DNA of 63,939 bases, the filler included, from Licmophora abbreviata (taxonomy: Eukaryota), in NCBI GenBank assembly GCA_900291995.1. It is 6 parts of 6 records of this genome, joined end to end, with 100 filler letters (N's around TTAATTAATTAA, not from the genome) between each part and the next. Parts side by side here need not be neighbours in the genome. Positions count along the whole stretch, not along the records: positions 55,075 to 57,382 come from OLMU01000961.1; positions 57,483 to 62,769 come from OLMU01000962.1; positions 62,870 to 63,939 come from OLMU01000981.1; 3 more parts are not named here. One strand, given 5' to 3'. Positions 55,075 to 63,939 of this stretch are shown piece after piece. How positions within the stretch are numbered: position 1 is the stretch's first letter; the number at the start of each line of letters is the position of its first letter. The notes under the pieces were generated by a model that was given only the letters and a program-made list of their open reading frames with translations, was not told the DNA's origin and made no database searches. A program made the position numbers and the translations under genes.

Positions 55075-56474
55075 AGCGATCATTTTAGTTCCGAACAAGG
55101 AACTGGTACAACAAGTTGTACGCATGGCGGTCGACTTGTGCGGTGATCCTGGATCGTCCTCGCGTGTGCTCGTGTCAGGCATCTCCGGCGGTGCCCCCGC
55201 ACCGGGCAGGTTTGATCCTACAGCAGACAAAGAGACGGAGGATACTGTCGACGAAAAAGACATTGTACGACTGGCTGTCATGCCAGGTGGACTCAAAGAG
55301 CCGCAGGATTTTCCTCCGTTTCGTTTCACCAAGGCCCTGGGTGGCTCAGATCCGCCCGTGGACATTGTCATTTCGACTCCTGCCGCTGTTGCACCTCTGG
55401 CACTAAAACCAAAGAACATTGACATGTTTGCCGACATTGAAACTCTCGTTGTAGACGAAGCCGATATGCTACTGGATGGCGGCTACATTCGGAATCTTGA
55501 ATACGTCCTGATGGGCTTTCGAAGGACAGGCAAACTCGATTCGAGTCTTATGCAAGTCAAGAAAAAGACGCAACACGTGTTTGTCGCAGCAACGCTACCC
55601 GATATGGGCCTACGAAGCGTCGATGCATATTTGCAAAAGAAGTTTCCCAACGCGACGACCGTCACAATGGCCGGAATGCACAACGCACGACACTATGGAC
55701 TTCAAGAAGGGACAGTCTGGATTGAAGAGGACGAAGAAGGGAATCGCGGTCGCATGAAGCGTTTCGTGGAATTATTACAGACGCCACAAGATCAAGGTGG
55801 ACTTGAAGGGGAAAAGGTCATGGCCTTTCTGAATAGCGCCGACGATGTGGACGGCGCCGCTGCAGCACTGGGGTAAGTCATGCGTCAAAAAGTGATGTTC
55901 TTTTCTTTCTGCCAACTCGCTTTTGCTAACGGTTACCCATTGATTGTTTTGAAATTCTACCACTCTCTCCAGTCGGGTGGGCATCCAGGCACTGCCGTAT
56001 CACGCAAAGATATCATTGAAAGAACGTTCAGACAATCTTGATCGATTCCGTCGGTACACTGTTGGCAGTGACAAGCAGAACAGTCCGGACACTGCCCCCG
56101 TTCTCGTCTGTACCGACTTGGCAAGTCGCGGTTTGGATTTGCCAGGCGTGACTGTGGTGGTGCAACTTCAGTTCGCAGGGAACGTTGTAGCTCATCTACA
56201 TCGCATGGGACGGTGTGGCCGTGCTGGGAAACGAAATGGGCGAGGGATAATCTTCTTCGGTGCCAAAGAACGTGAGCTGGTCGAAGTTGTGCGAGAAGCC
56301 GAAAATCAACAGGATCGTATGATTCTTGAAGGTGACGTGGTCGAGGTCGACGATCCAGATTCGAAAGAGATTTCTCCCAGGGGATCCGTTCAAGGCGCAT
56401 TTAGCAGAAAGCGAGGCTTTACCAAGAAGCGCAAGAAGCAGCGGAAAGAAGCCGTCGCCGGAGACGACCCATAG
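55075..56474 (+). CDS. DEAD-box RNA helicase, 5'-truncated, 2 exons visible
   Basis: ILVPNKELVQQ, VVDEADML, AATL, TDLASRGLD and HRMGRCGRAG; intron 55873-55972. Confidence 0.9.
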
Positions 56475-56528
56475 TATCGACAAGCTTGTGTGTAGTAAAC
56501 GCTAGATCACGAGCACACTTGAGTTTCG

Positions 56529-57287
56529 TCATCTTCGAGAGCCTCGTGGGGGCTGTTGGCGTGATTGAGTTGCACCAAAGCCGCCGCGCAGCATACGCCC
56601 CGAGGGCTGCGATGAGTCTGAGCCTGGTGGAACGGGATCCTGCTTTGTCCCGTTTTTTCCACCGTGCGTGTCCGGTTTCTTATTGAGTGCAGCCAAGAAG
56701 CTGAGCGCCGAAGGTGGCGGTGCATGTGCTGAGCTTTCAGGAGTGGGTGAGAGGCGTTGCTTTTTGACGCTTCGCATGCTGCTTGTGCTAGTAGTGGATG
56801 CCAACGACGTGTCGCTGGTTTCACGCTTTAGCAAGGGATCCGGTCGCCCTGGTAGCTGCCTGGTCAACTGAGCGGGCGCACCACCGGCTCGTGATAAAGC
56901 CATCAACGAAGTTCGGCGCGGTGGAGGCATGGGCTTGGAAGGCAGTTTCTTCAGCGGCTTGGCCTGGGCTCGTGCGGCTGGTGGTGGTGGTCGACCATGT
57001 GGATGTACCGGAAACTGTGGGGCTGCGATCGCGTGCCGCTGGATGACTTTGCAGGCAGACTGACATTGCCCCAGTATATTGCTAAGCTTTCTTTGGTCTG
57101 ACACCTCTTCCCCGCCTTCTTTATTGCTTTCGTAGTCTTTCTCGGAGAGAAGTAGTGCACAGACTTCGGACATGGTGGCATCACTCAGTGTCTCCAGAGC
57201 AGCCACATATTCGGCGTTCTTTGGAGGCGCTGACCTGACGACTGGAGCTATGCTTCCTCCGTCTATCGACCCTTTCCTTGTTGGCAT
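56529..57287 (-). CDS. Hypothetical Pro/Ser-rich protein
   Basis: 252-aa ATG-initiated ORF convergent with the helicase. Confidence 0.6.
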   Translation of the reverse strand: MPTRKGSIDGGSIAPVVRSAPPKNAEYVAALETLSDATMSEVCALLLSEKDYESNKEGGEEVSDQRKLSNILGQCQSACKVIQRHAIAAPQFPVHPHGRPPPPAARAQAKPLKKLPSKPMPPPRRTSLMALSRAGGAPAQLTRQLPGRPDPLLKRETSDTSLASTTSTSSMRSVKKQRLSPTPESSAHAPPPSALSFLAALNKKPDTHGGKNGTKQDPVPPGSDSSQPSGRMLRGGFGATQSRQQPPRGSRR

Positions 57288-57382
57288 GTTGTTTCTAAGC
57301 GAGTGATCTCGTCGGAAGGCGCATGAGCGGACGGAAAACTTGCCGTCGCTCTGGCCATGGTCAATGTACGAGGTATGTCACT

Positions 57383-57482
57383 NNNNNNNNNNNNNNNNNN
57401 NNNNNNNNNNNNNNNNNNNNNNNNNNTTAATTAATTAANNNNNNNNNNNNNNNNNNNNNNNNNNNNNNNNNNNNNNNNNNNN
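57383..57482. other. Artificial contig spacer
   Basis: N-run + TTAATTAATTAA + N-run. Confidence 0.98.
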
Positions 57483-57651
57483 TTGAAATGTTGAATGATG
57501 TGATTGATCCGTCGTGGTGACCTAAAAAGACTAGATAGATCTATAATAGCTCGCTCATGCCCTACCCACGAGGTGCAAAATCAAGTTCATGTTCCGTCCG
57601 TATCCTATTACAATAAGAGCATACCGATGTGACTTGTCGATTGAGCGATGC

Positions 57652-59579
57652 CTACTTGACACTCCAGTCGACGCTGTCCTTTCCATTGCAAACGAGTGCT
57701 TCGTTCGCCCTTGAAAAGCACTTCGAACCTAGAAACGGAGCCTTAGTCTTGGTAGCCCCGAGCGGTGAAGGATGGCTTGTCTTAATGATAGTATGGCGCA
57801 ATCCATCAACACCACTGGCCTTTTTCGCAGCCGGATTGCCCCACAGAAGAAACACCAGCCCTTCCTTCTCCGTGTTTAGAGTATCGATCACTGCGTTTGT
57901 AAACTTCTCCCAACCTCGTCCGCTGTGACTGTTGGCCTCACCCTCGCGTACCGTTAGCACGGCGTTTAAGAGAAGCACGCCCTGTTCTGCCCAGCATTTC
58001 AGGTATCCATGAGATGGCGCATCGATGCCAACATCCTCTATAGCTTCTTTAAAGATGTTCTTCAGGGACGGTGGTGGTCGGACGCCCTTTCGAACCGAAA
58101 AGGCCAAGCCGTGCCCCTGGCCACGACCGTGGTACGGGTCCTGGCCGACGATAACAACGCGTACATTCGAGAGAGGACATAGATTCAAAGAAGTGAATAT
58201 CTCGTCTTCTGGGGGAAAGATTACCTGTCCCTGCCTTCGCTCCGCGTCGATAGAATCCGCCAGTGCAGAAAACGTAGAACTGTTTGTCGCGTTAGAAAGC
58301 GCTGCCTTCCAGCCCGGATCCTTCAAGCCAGACAGCAATCTGTCGACTGCTTCCTGTCCAGAGCTGGGAGCTTTTGCTGTGTCGCTGACTGACTCGGTGT
58401 TGCCTTCATCTACCGGCACAGACGAGAATCGCCGAGAAAGCGGCATGCTGAGTTGGTCCTCGGTGTACCAGATCGTTCGACCATGCGGGCCGTTCGTTTC
58501 CCGAATCACTGGCATCCCTCGAGCACAGTACTCCCTACCATAGCACTGCAAGTCAAACTCAAACTGCCCTCGTTGGCCTTGTGTATCGCGGTAGCTCCCG
58601 CCCTGTCTACTGAGACCCTGTGCTCGATACGAGTCTGCAGCGATACCTCTGAGCTCGCGAAACAACATGCGCAGTCGCACTTCGTCAAGTTCCTCCAAGG
58701 AAGCAAACGGATCGACCGCAGCACGGTAAAGGCCCTCTGCAAGGATATAGTTTCCAACTCCACTCACTTTCTTCTGATTCATGAGGAACCTACAAATGTT
58801 GGTTGAGTTCTTCGACTCGGCCACGACACCGAGGAACGAGTCTTCGTCGGTGCTGGGGTCTAGAATGTCAGGACCCAACGAGTCAAGCTTCTCTTTCAGC
58901 TCTTTGGTCCGATTACGAGAATTTGAGAGTTCCAAAGTTCCGAGGGTCGATAGTAAAAGATGGACCGTCGCTCGCTCGACTGTGGATCGAGCAGATCAAG
59001 CGACCATCGCGCCGGCGCCTGGCCACTCCCACCCCCTCCTGCTTGATGGAGGCGCTCATTGACGAAGCGGCCGCTCATTCCCAGTGTGATCCAGATGCTC
59101 CTTTGATAATCTTCATCCTCATCGTGATTGTTTCCTTTGTCCAGCACCAAGTAAATGAACTTTCCCTTGGCACTCCACTGTTCAATAACATCAACGGACT
59201 TGGCCGTAGTGTTGGCCTCGTCATGAGCCGGTGAATCGAGGGTAGAGGTGAACGCATCATACCCAACTGGCATCCCATGCCGAGTATAGCGTCCAGAAAG
59301 AAATGAAATCCCAAGCAAACGCATGCCCACGCCACCTTGAAGCTGGTCGACGAGAGTGCGAACTTCAGGCCCCTCCGGCATCATCCTCGGTTGCGTTCGC
59401 GTCACAATGTACCGCCATGGAGTCGGAGCACTAGGAGCTATTCGAATTGCATACTTGGGCAAGAACGATGTTCTTTGAATTGAAACCGCTAATCCCCGGG
59501 CGGAGCGGAAGTGCATCATCATGGTTAGCCCCAAAGAAAGGTGCAATGCAAGAAGTCGAGAGGTGCGCAGCGTCGCCAT
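57652..59579 (-). CDS. Fpg/Nei DNA glycosylase fused to family-1 uracil-DNA glycosylase; frameshifted at about 58915-58950
   Basis: Fpg motifs MPEGPEV, KGKFIY, LGMSG, DPRNFG (third frame), LGPD and LMNQKKVSGVGNY..E.LY; then UNG motifs GQDPYH, GLAFSV, PPSL, GVLLLN and HPSPL. Confidence 0.9.
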
Positions 59580-59921
59580 GTACTCGAGTAAGAATTTCGG
59601 AATCTTCTGTATGATGTAAAATTTGCTCTCTTCTAGGACTTCGTCGGCTTATCGAAACTTCTATATACTGCTTCGACCGACAGCGACGTGATTACAGCTG
59701 AGACGCCGCTGCAATCTGATGATCATGGCGCAGACGCACAAAAATGATGATGTGTCCGCGATGATGGCGCGAAATGGGAGAGACGAGACGCGCTCGTGAC
59801 TTGACTCGACTTACTCGATAAGTGATTGGCAGATCAGTACTTCCTAGTTGATAAGGACTATAAATTCACATCGCATCTATTGAAGCGAAACAACGAGCAT
59901 CACCCACGTTCTCTCTTCACC

Positions 59922-61010
59922 TCACATCAGCAGATCAAGCACAAGCTCAAGATCCTTATCATCCTCCAGATTGTCCAAGTCAAGAAACGGAAGATCCGGC
60001 AGGTCGTTTGCCGCCGCTGCCATCAGTGGCTGCATCGACGCGGCAAATTGCTCTTTTTCATCGAGTTGTCTATGGTCGTGCTGTTGTGACAATTCAAGCG
60101 CTGTTGTTTCGGACTGTCTAGGAACATACTCGTAGTACAGAAAGGCACGATCGATATCAACAAGCAGCATGCAGCATACTTGATCAACTTCCACTGGATC
60201 TCCATCAGGAATCGTCTTGATTGTCACTTTCGACAATCGACTTGGCCGAAGAGTGACTCCCGGAGTAGCATGAATAGATATCTGACTCGCAAGGCACCGA
60301 GTATGCTTCACTCGCTCCGAAGGTGAAAGGAACAAGTCCACTACAGCTTGCTGATTGGCTTGGTACGTTTCTTTAATCGTCCGATACGTCGCGACATTCT
60401 CTTCAAACGCTCGAGACAAAAAGTAGCGCGAGACTCCCTTGTACATCTCCCGAACCCATATCCAACGATTGCCAAGATCATCTTGCGTATGAATCGGACA
60501 ATCGACTGCCATCAAGAGACTTTGAGGCAGCTCTGTGTATTCGATTGGATCCCCGACAACTTGCTGTTGTGGAGTCGGCGTAAGCAGAATGGGGAACAAA
60601 AAGTCGCATCCCCTTTGCTGATCTGTTTCACATAGTATCTGATCCATGGAAATGCCACACCGAGCTGCCATACTGGAAGCTCGCGAGAGCAACGCAAAAC
60701 TTCGTCGACGAAAGGCGAAGGAAACCCAGGAGCGAATCAAGTGCCGGAGTCCATAATGATCAGGTCGGAGAGCCTCGGGCTTGACTTCAATTGACAGACA
60801 CGCATCTTCCGACGCTGGTAAGCCATCCATCATGACACCATCCTCATTGCGCTGTCGTTTTCCGCTGCCACGAGTAACAGCGCGCTGGCCTTGTCGAGAT
60901 TCATGCAGCACGCATTCGCGGCCAAGTCGAAGGCAGCGAGAGCACGATCTTTCTGGAAGCGAATGATCGCACTTGACTTTTGCAGCGTGACATGCAGTGC
61001 AAGCTACCAT
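59922..61010 (-). CDS. Zn(II)2Cys6 binuclear-cluster transcription factor
   Basis: ACTACHAAKVKCD...CSRCLRLGREC at the N-terminus; acidic C-terminus. Confidence 0.85.
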   Translation of the reverse strand: MVACTACHAAKVKCDHSLPERSCSRCLRLGRECVLHESRQGQRAVTRGSGKRQRNEDGVMMDGLPASEDACLSIEVKPEALRPDHYGLRHLIRSWVSFAFRRRSFALLSRASSMAARCGISMDQILCETDQQRGCDFLFPILLTPTPQQQVVGDPIEYTELPQSLLMAVDCPIHTQDDLGNRWIWVREMYKGVSRYFLSRAFEENVATYRTIKETYQANQQAVVDLFLSPSERVKHTRCLASQISIHATPGVTLRPSRLSKVTIKTIPDGDPVEVDQVCCMLLVDIDRAFLYYEYVPRQSETTALELSQQHDHRQLDEKEQFAASMQPLMAAAANDLPDLPFLDLDNLEDDKDLELVLDLLM

Positions 61011-61359
61011 AGCCTTTGATCAACTAACTTGAAAGAGGGAGGACAAGAAGGAGATCTGACGCAAGGCTGTTTACACTGTGTGTTGCCCATGTTCGAAATG
61101 GAACAATCTTCAAACTTGCGACGAAGAAGAAACTCGCGCCCGAACACGTACGCACATATGACGTCACAAGGGACTGACTCAGTCCCGAGCACGAATCTTC
61201 CGGGAGTTTGACGTAGAAAAGTACCGGAGTTTGGCGTTGAAATTTGAACCTCGCGAGGAAGTGAGTGAGTCAAAATGATGACGAGAGACGAGAGCCGCCG
61301 ATGATGCGGTCACAACGCAACAAGAGAGGAACGAGACTACCTATCCTCTCTACTTGACC

Positions 61360-62454
61360 ATGACGGCCTCCATTGCTAGGATGGATCCGGCGTCCTCAGG
61401 CGACATGCCAGTGCGATCGTTGACGCCATCTTACTCAGCGGAGAGCGTGCTGCACAGTGTATTGGCTGGATACGCGGCGGGGATCTCAGGGACGCTTATC
61501 GGCCATCCATTGGATTCTGCCAAAGTCTGGGCGCAGACCAACATTCGAGGAGGAGTACGATCGAAGTCTGTATCGATGTTATCACAGCAGGCGACGACAC
61601 TAGCCTCCTCTGCAGCTTCGAGTCGGCAAATGAGTACAGTGGCTCACTCGGCACTGCGGCGAAGGACGGTCTGGGATCTTCGCTCACTCCGATCACTCTA
61701 TGCCGGCATCGGAGGACCGCTGGTTACGGTCGGTATGGTCCAGAGCGTCAACTTCGCTATCTATGACTCCACGCGGAGAATTTTGCATCGACGTGACTTT
61801 CCGGATGCATCGGAAACCCATTATCTCGACCACGACTCGCTCGCGAACGTCACGATGAGTTCAGTATTGGCTGGGACTGTTCTGTCAGTCTTTACCAGTC
61901 CCCTTTTGCTACTCAAGACGAAGCAACAAATTATGGACTGGAGTTTTCGAGAGGCCCTTTGGGACACAGTATCATCGAAACCAGGAATACGCGTGTCGGC
62001 ACTTTCGAACTTTTATGTGGGTTTCGCTCCGCATGTATTGGCAGAGACGGCTGGTCGCGGTATTTACTTTTTCGCATACGAGGGAATGAAACGAGCGTGT
62101 CTGCAACAGAAGGAACAGCGATGTTATAATGGAAAGGAGGATGCGCGTGTCGTTCTGAGTCTCCAGGAGCGCATGGCGAGCGCGGCCGCGGCGGGAATTC
62201 TGTGTTGGACTGCCATCTTTCCGGTGGATGCGTTGCGGAGTAGATCCTATGCACAATCGCTTGTATCAAAAGCGCCGGATACATCCAAGTCCACATGGCA
62301 GCTGGCCATGTCCGTCTATCAAGAGAAGAAGAGCCTGAGAACGTTCTACCGTGGCTTCAGTGTCACCGTCATGCGGGCGGGGCCTGTGGCGGCTGTGGTT
62401 TTGCCTGTCTACGATACCACATTGGAATGGCTATCCCAAGACAGGAGTAGCTAG
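61360..62454 (+). CDS. Mitochondrial carrier (SLC25) family protein
   Basis: Three repeats with HPLDSAKV, SPLLLLKT and FPVDALRS; FYRGF..TVMRAGP. Confidence 0.88.
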   Translation: MTASIARMDPASSGDMPVRSLTPSYSAESVLHSVLAGYAAGISGTLIGHPLDSAKVWAQTNIRGGVRSKSVSMLSQQATTLASSAASSRQMSTVAHSALRRRTVWDLRSLRSLYAGIGGPLVTVGMVQSVNFAIYDSTRRILHRRDFPDASETHYLDHDSLANVTMSSVLAGTVLSVFTSPLLLLKTKQQIMDWSFREALWDTVSSKPGIRVSALSNFYVGFAPHVLAETAGRGIYFFAYEGMKRACLQQKEQRCYNGKEDARVVLSLQERMASAAAAGILCWTAIFPVDALRSRSYAQSLVSKAPDTSKSTWQLAMSVYQEKKSLRTFYRGFSVTVMRAGPVAAVVLPVYDTTLEWLSQDRSS

Positions 62455-62769
62455 CTATGTATGCTCTCTCTCTCTCTCTAGAGTGATTTTAGAATGATTA
62501 TATAGAGAAGATTGCTTTGCTACAGAGTGTCCCTTCTAAAGAACGCACCAGAGTTTCAACAATCCAATACAACTTCTAAATATCATCATCTCTACATGAT
62601 ATGTGTGTCTTATCGAGATTCATTGCCAAAAAAGAAAAATAGGGTTGGTCGAAGATCCCGAGTATGCATGTGCCATACCCACTCTCTCCAAAAGACCATT
62701 CCTGTCCAACGCTAGTGTAGGACAATTCAGTAGATCTATGAGGCAGACCGAGACTGTGATGATCCCACG

Positions 62770-62869
62770 NNNNNNNNNNNNNNNNNNNNNNNNNNNNNNN
62801 NNNNNNNNNNNNNTTAATTAATTAANNNNNNNNNNNNNNNNNNNNNNNNNNNNNNNNNNNNNNNNNNNN
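62770..62869. other. Artificial contig spacer
   Basis: N-run + TTAATTAATTAA + N-run. Confidence 0.98.
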
Positions 62870-62906
62870 GGCATGGCATAAATGCAAATTGGAAAAATCA
62901 CTCAAT

Positions 62907-62925
62907 CCATAGAGTGACTTTATGG
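62907..62925. promoter_or_regulatory. Putative LysR binding box (T-N11-A inside an inverted repeat)
   Basis: CCATA-N9-TATGG just upstream of the LysR start; T62910 and A62922 are separated by 11 nt. Confidence 0.55.
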
Positions 62926-62933
62926 GGGTGCCG

Positions 62934-63872
62934 ATGAACCTGTCCTTTCGTCAGTTGATGACCTTCCGCGAGGTGATGCGCACCGGGTCGATCAGTCAGG
63001 CGGCGCGCGCGCTTGGGCGCACACAGCCAGCGGTGAGCGCGATGATCGCGGGGCTGGAGGATGAGCTGGGCTTCAAGCTGTTCGAGCGGCAGCAGGGCAA
63101 GCTGACGCCGAGGCCCGAGGCGCGGTTCTTTCTGGAGGAATGCGACGATATCCTGTCCCGGCTGGAGCAGACCAAGCGCACGCTGAGCGGCATTTCCAAG
63201 CTGGAGGCGGGGCATCTGCGGATCGCCTGCCATCCTGCGGCGTCGGGGTTTTTCCTGCCCAAGGTGCTGACCGAGTTCCTGTCGGACAAGCCGGGTATCC
63301 GGGTGTCGCTGATGATGCGGTCCTCGTCATTGATCGAGGAGTTGATCGCCTCGCAGCAATTCGACGTAGGCTTTGCCGAGACGCCCGAGCCGCGCCCCTC
63401 GATCCGGCAGAGCGATTTCGATCTGGAATGCGTCTGCGCGATCCCGGCGGGCGATGACCTGGCGGCAAGGCCGGTCATCACGCCCGCCGATCTGGATGGG
63501 CGGCGGCTGGCGGTGCTGTTTGCGGAACACCCGACCTATCGGCAGACGGTGAAGGCATTCGATATGGCCGGGTGCCGGTTCGAGCCGATGTTCGAATTGC
63601 AGACCTTTCTGCCGGGGATGCGGTTCGTGGGGGCGGGGCTGTGCTACATGATCTGCGACATGATCACGGCCCATAGCCATCTTGCGGGTCTGGCGGCGGG
63701 CAGCGGTGTGGTGGTCCGCCCGTTCCGACCGAGGATCGGCAGCCGGGTGTCCGTGCTGACCCCGGCACATCGACCCGGCTCGCAATTGTCCGAAGCGTTC
63801 TGCGACATGCTGCGCGCAAGGGTCGAGGACATGCAGACGGAGATGAAAGAGATCCTCGGGCAACCGGTATAG
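62934..63872 (+). CDS. Bacterial LysR-family transcriptional regulator
   Basis: HTH RQLMTFREVMRTGSISQAARALGRTQPAVSAMIAGLEDELGFKLFER plus a substrate-binding domain; GC-rich codons; no intron; G-rich RBS-like sequence upstream. Confidence 0.95.
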   Translation: MNLSFRQLMTFREVMRTGSISQAARALGRTQPAVSAMIAGLEDELGFKLFERQQGKLTPRPEARFFLEECDDILSRLEQTKRTLSGISKLEAGHLRIACHPAASGFFLPKVLTEFLSDKPGIRVSLMMRSSSLIEELIASQQFDVGFAETPEPRPSIRQSDFDLECVCAIPAGDDLAARPVITPADLDGRRLAVLFAEHPTYRQTVKAFDMAGCRFEPMFELQTFLPGMRFVGAGLCYMICDMITAHSHLAGLAAGSGVVVRPFRPRIGSRVSVLTPAHRPGSQLSEAFCDMLRARVEDMQTEMKEILGQPV

Positions 63873-63939
63873 GGATGGGAAAGGGAGATGTCGCGCCCTT
63901 GCCCGGGACAAGGCCGTGCCGCGCTATGTGAGGGGGTGT

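Noticed and set aside
15895..62869. Five identical TTAATTAATTAA elements as a biological repeat
   Set aside because: Each is centred in an exactly 100-nt N spacer; this is an all-frame-stop linker used to concatenate contigs.
1..63939. rRNA, tRNA, CRISPR arrays, transposases or retroelements
   Set aside because: None recognised by eye; a tRNAscan/Infernal/RepeatMasker run would be needed to exclude small RNAs.

Overview
The window is not one locus. It is six contigs joined by artificial 100-nt spacers (N-run + TTAATTAATTAA + N-run) at 15895, 23095, 54975, 57383 and 62770. Contigs 1-5 (1-62769) are gene-dense eukaryotic nuclear DNA, most likely a diatom. Evidence: short GT-AG introns, several signal peptides followed by ASAFAP-like plastid motifs, a DUF6824-type protein and a PSTAIRE CDK. 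They carry about 37 genes, mostly housekeeping. The last contig (62870-63939) is GC-rich bacterial DNA with a LysR regulator and is probably a binning contaminant. I found no rRNA, tRNA, CRISPR array or transposon, and no multi-gene novel system. The strongest signals are unusual proteins: (1) an Fpg/Nei glycosylase with a zincless finger fused to a family-1 uracil-DNA glycosylase, behind an organelle-like presequence; (2) a UBA + HDAC6-type ZnF-UBP + sirtuin fusion, with a stand-alone sirtuin paralog on the same contig; (3) a spliced U1-C homolog lacking all four zinc ligands and carrying a WW domain; (4) two small genes missing from the ORF track, ISD11 and a 55-aa Tom6-like membrane protein. 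Several single-base frameshifts suggest consensus errors. All family assignments come from motif recognition by eye; no database search was run.
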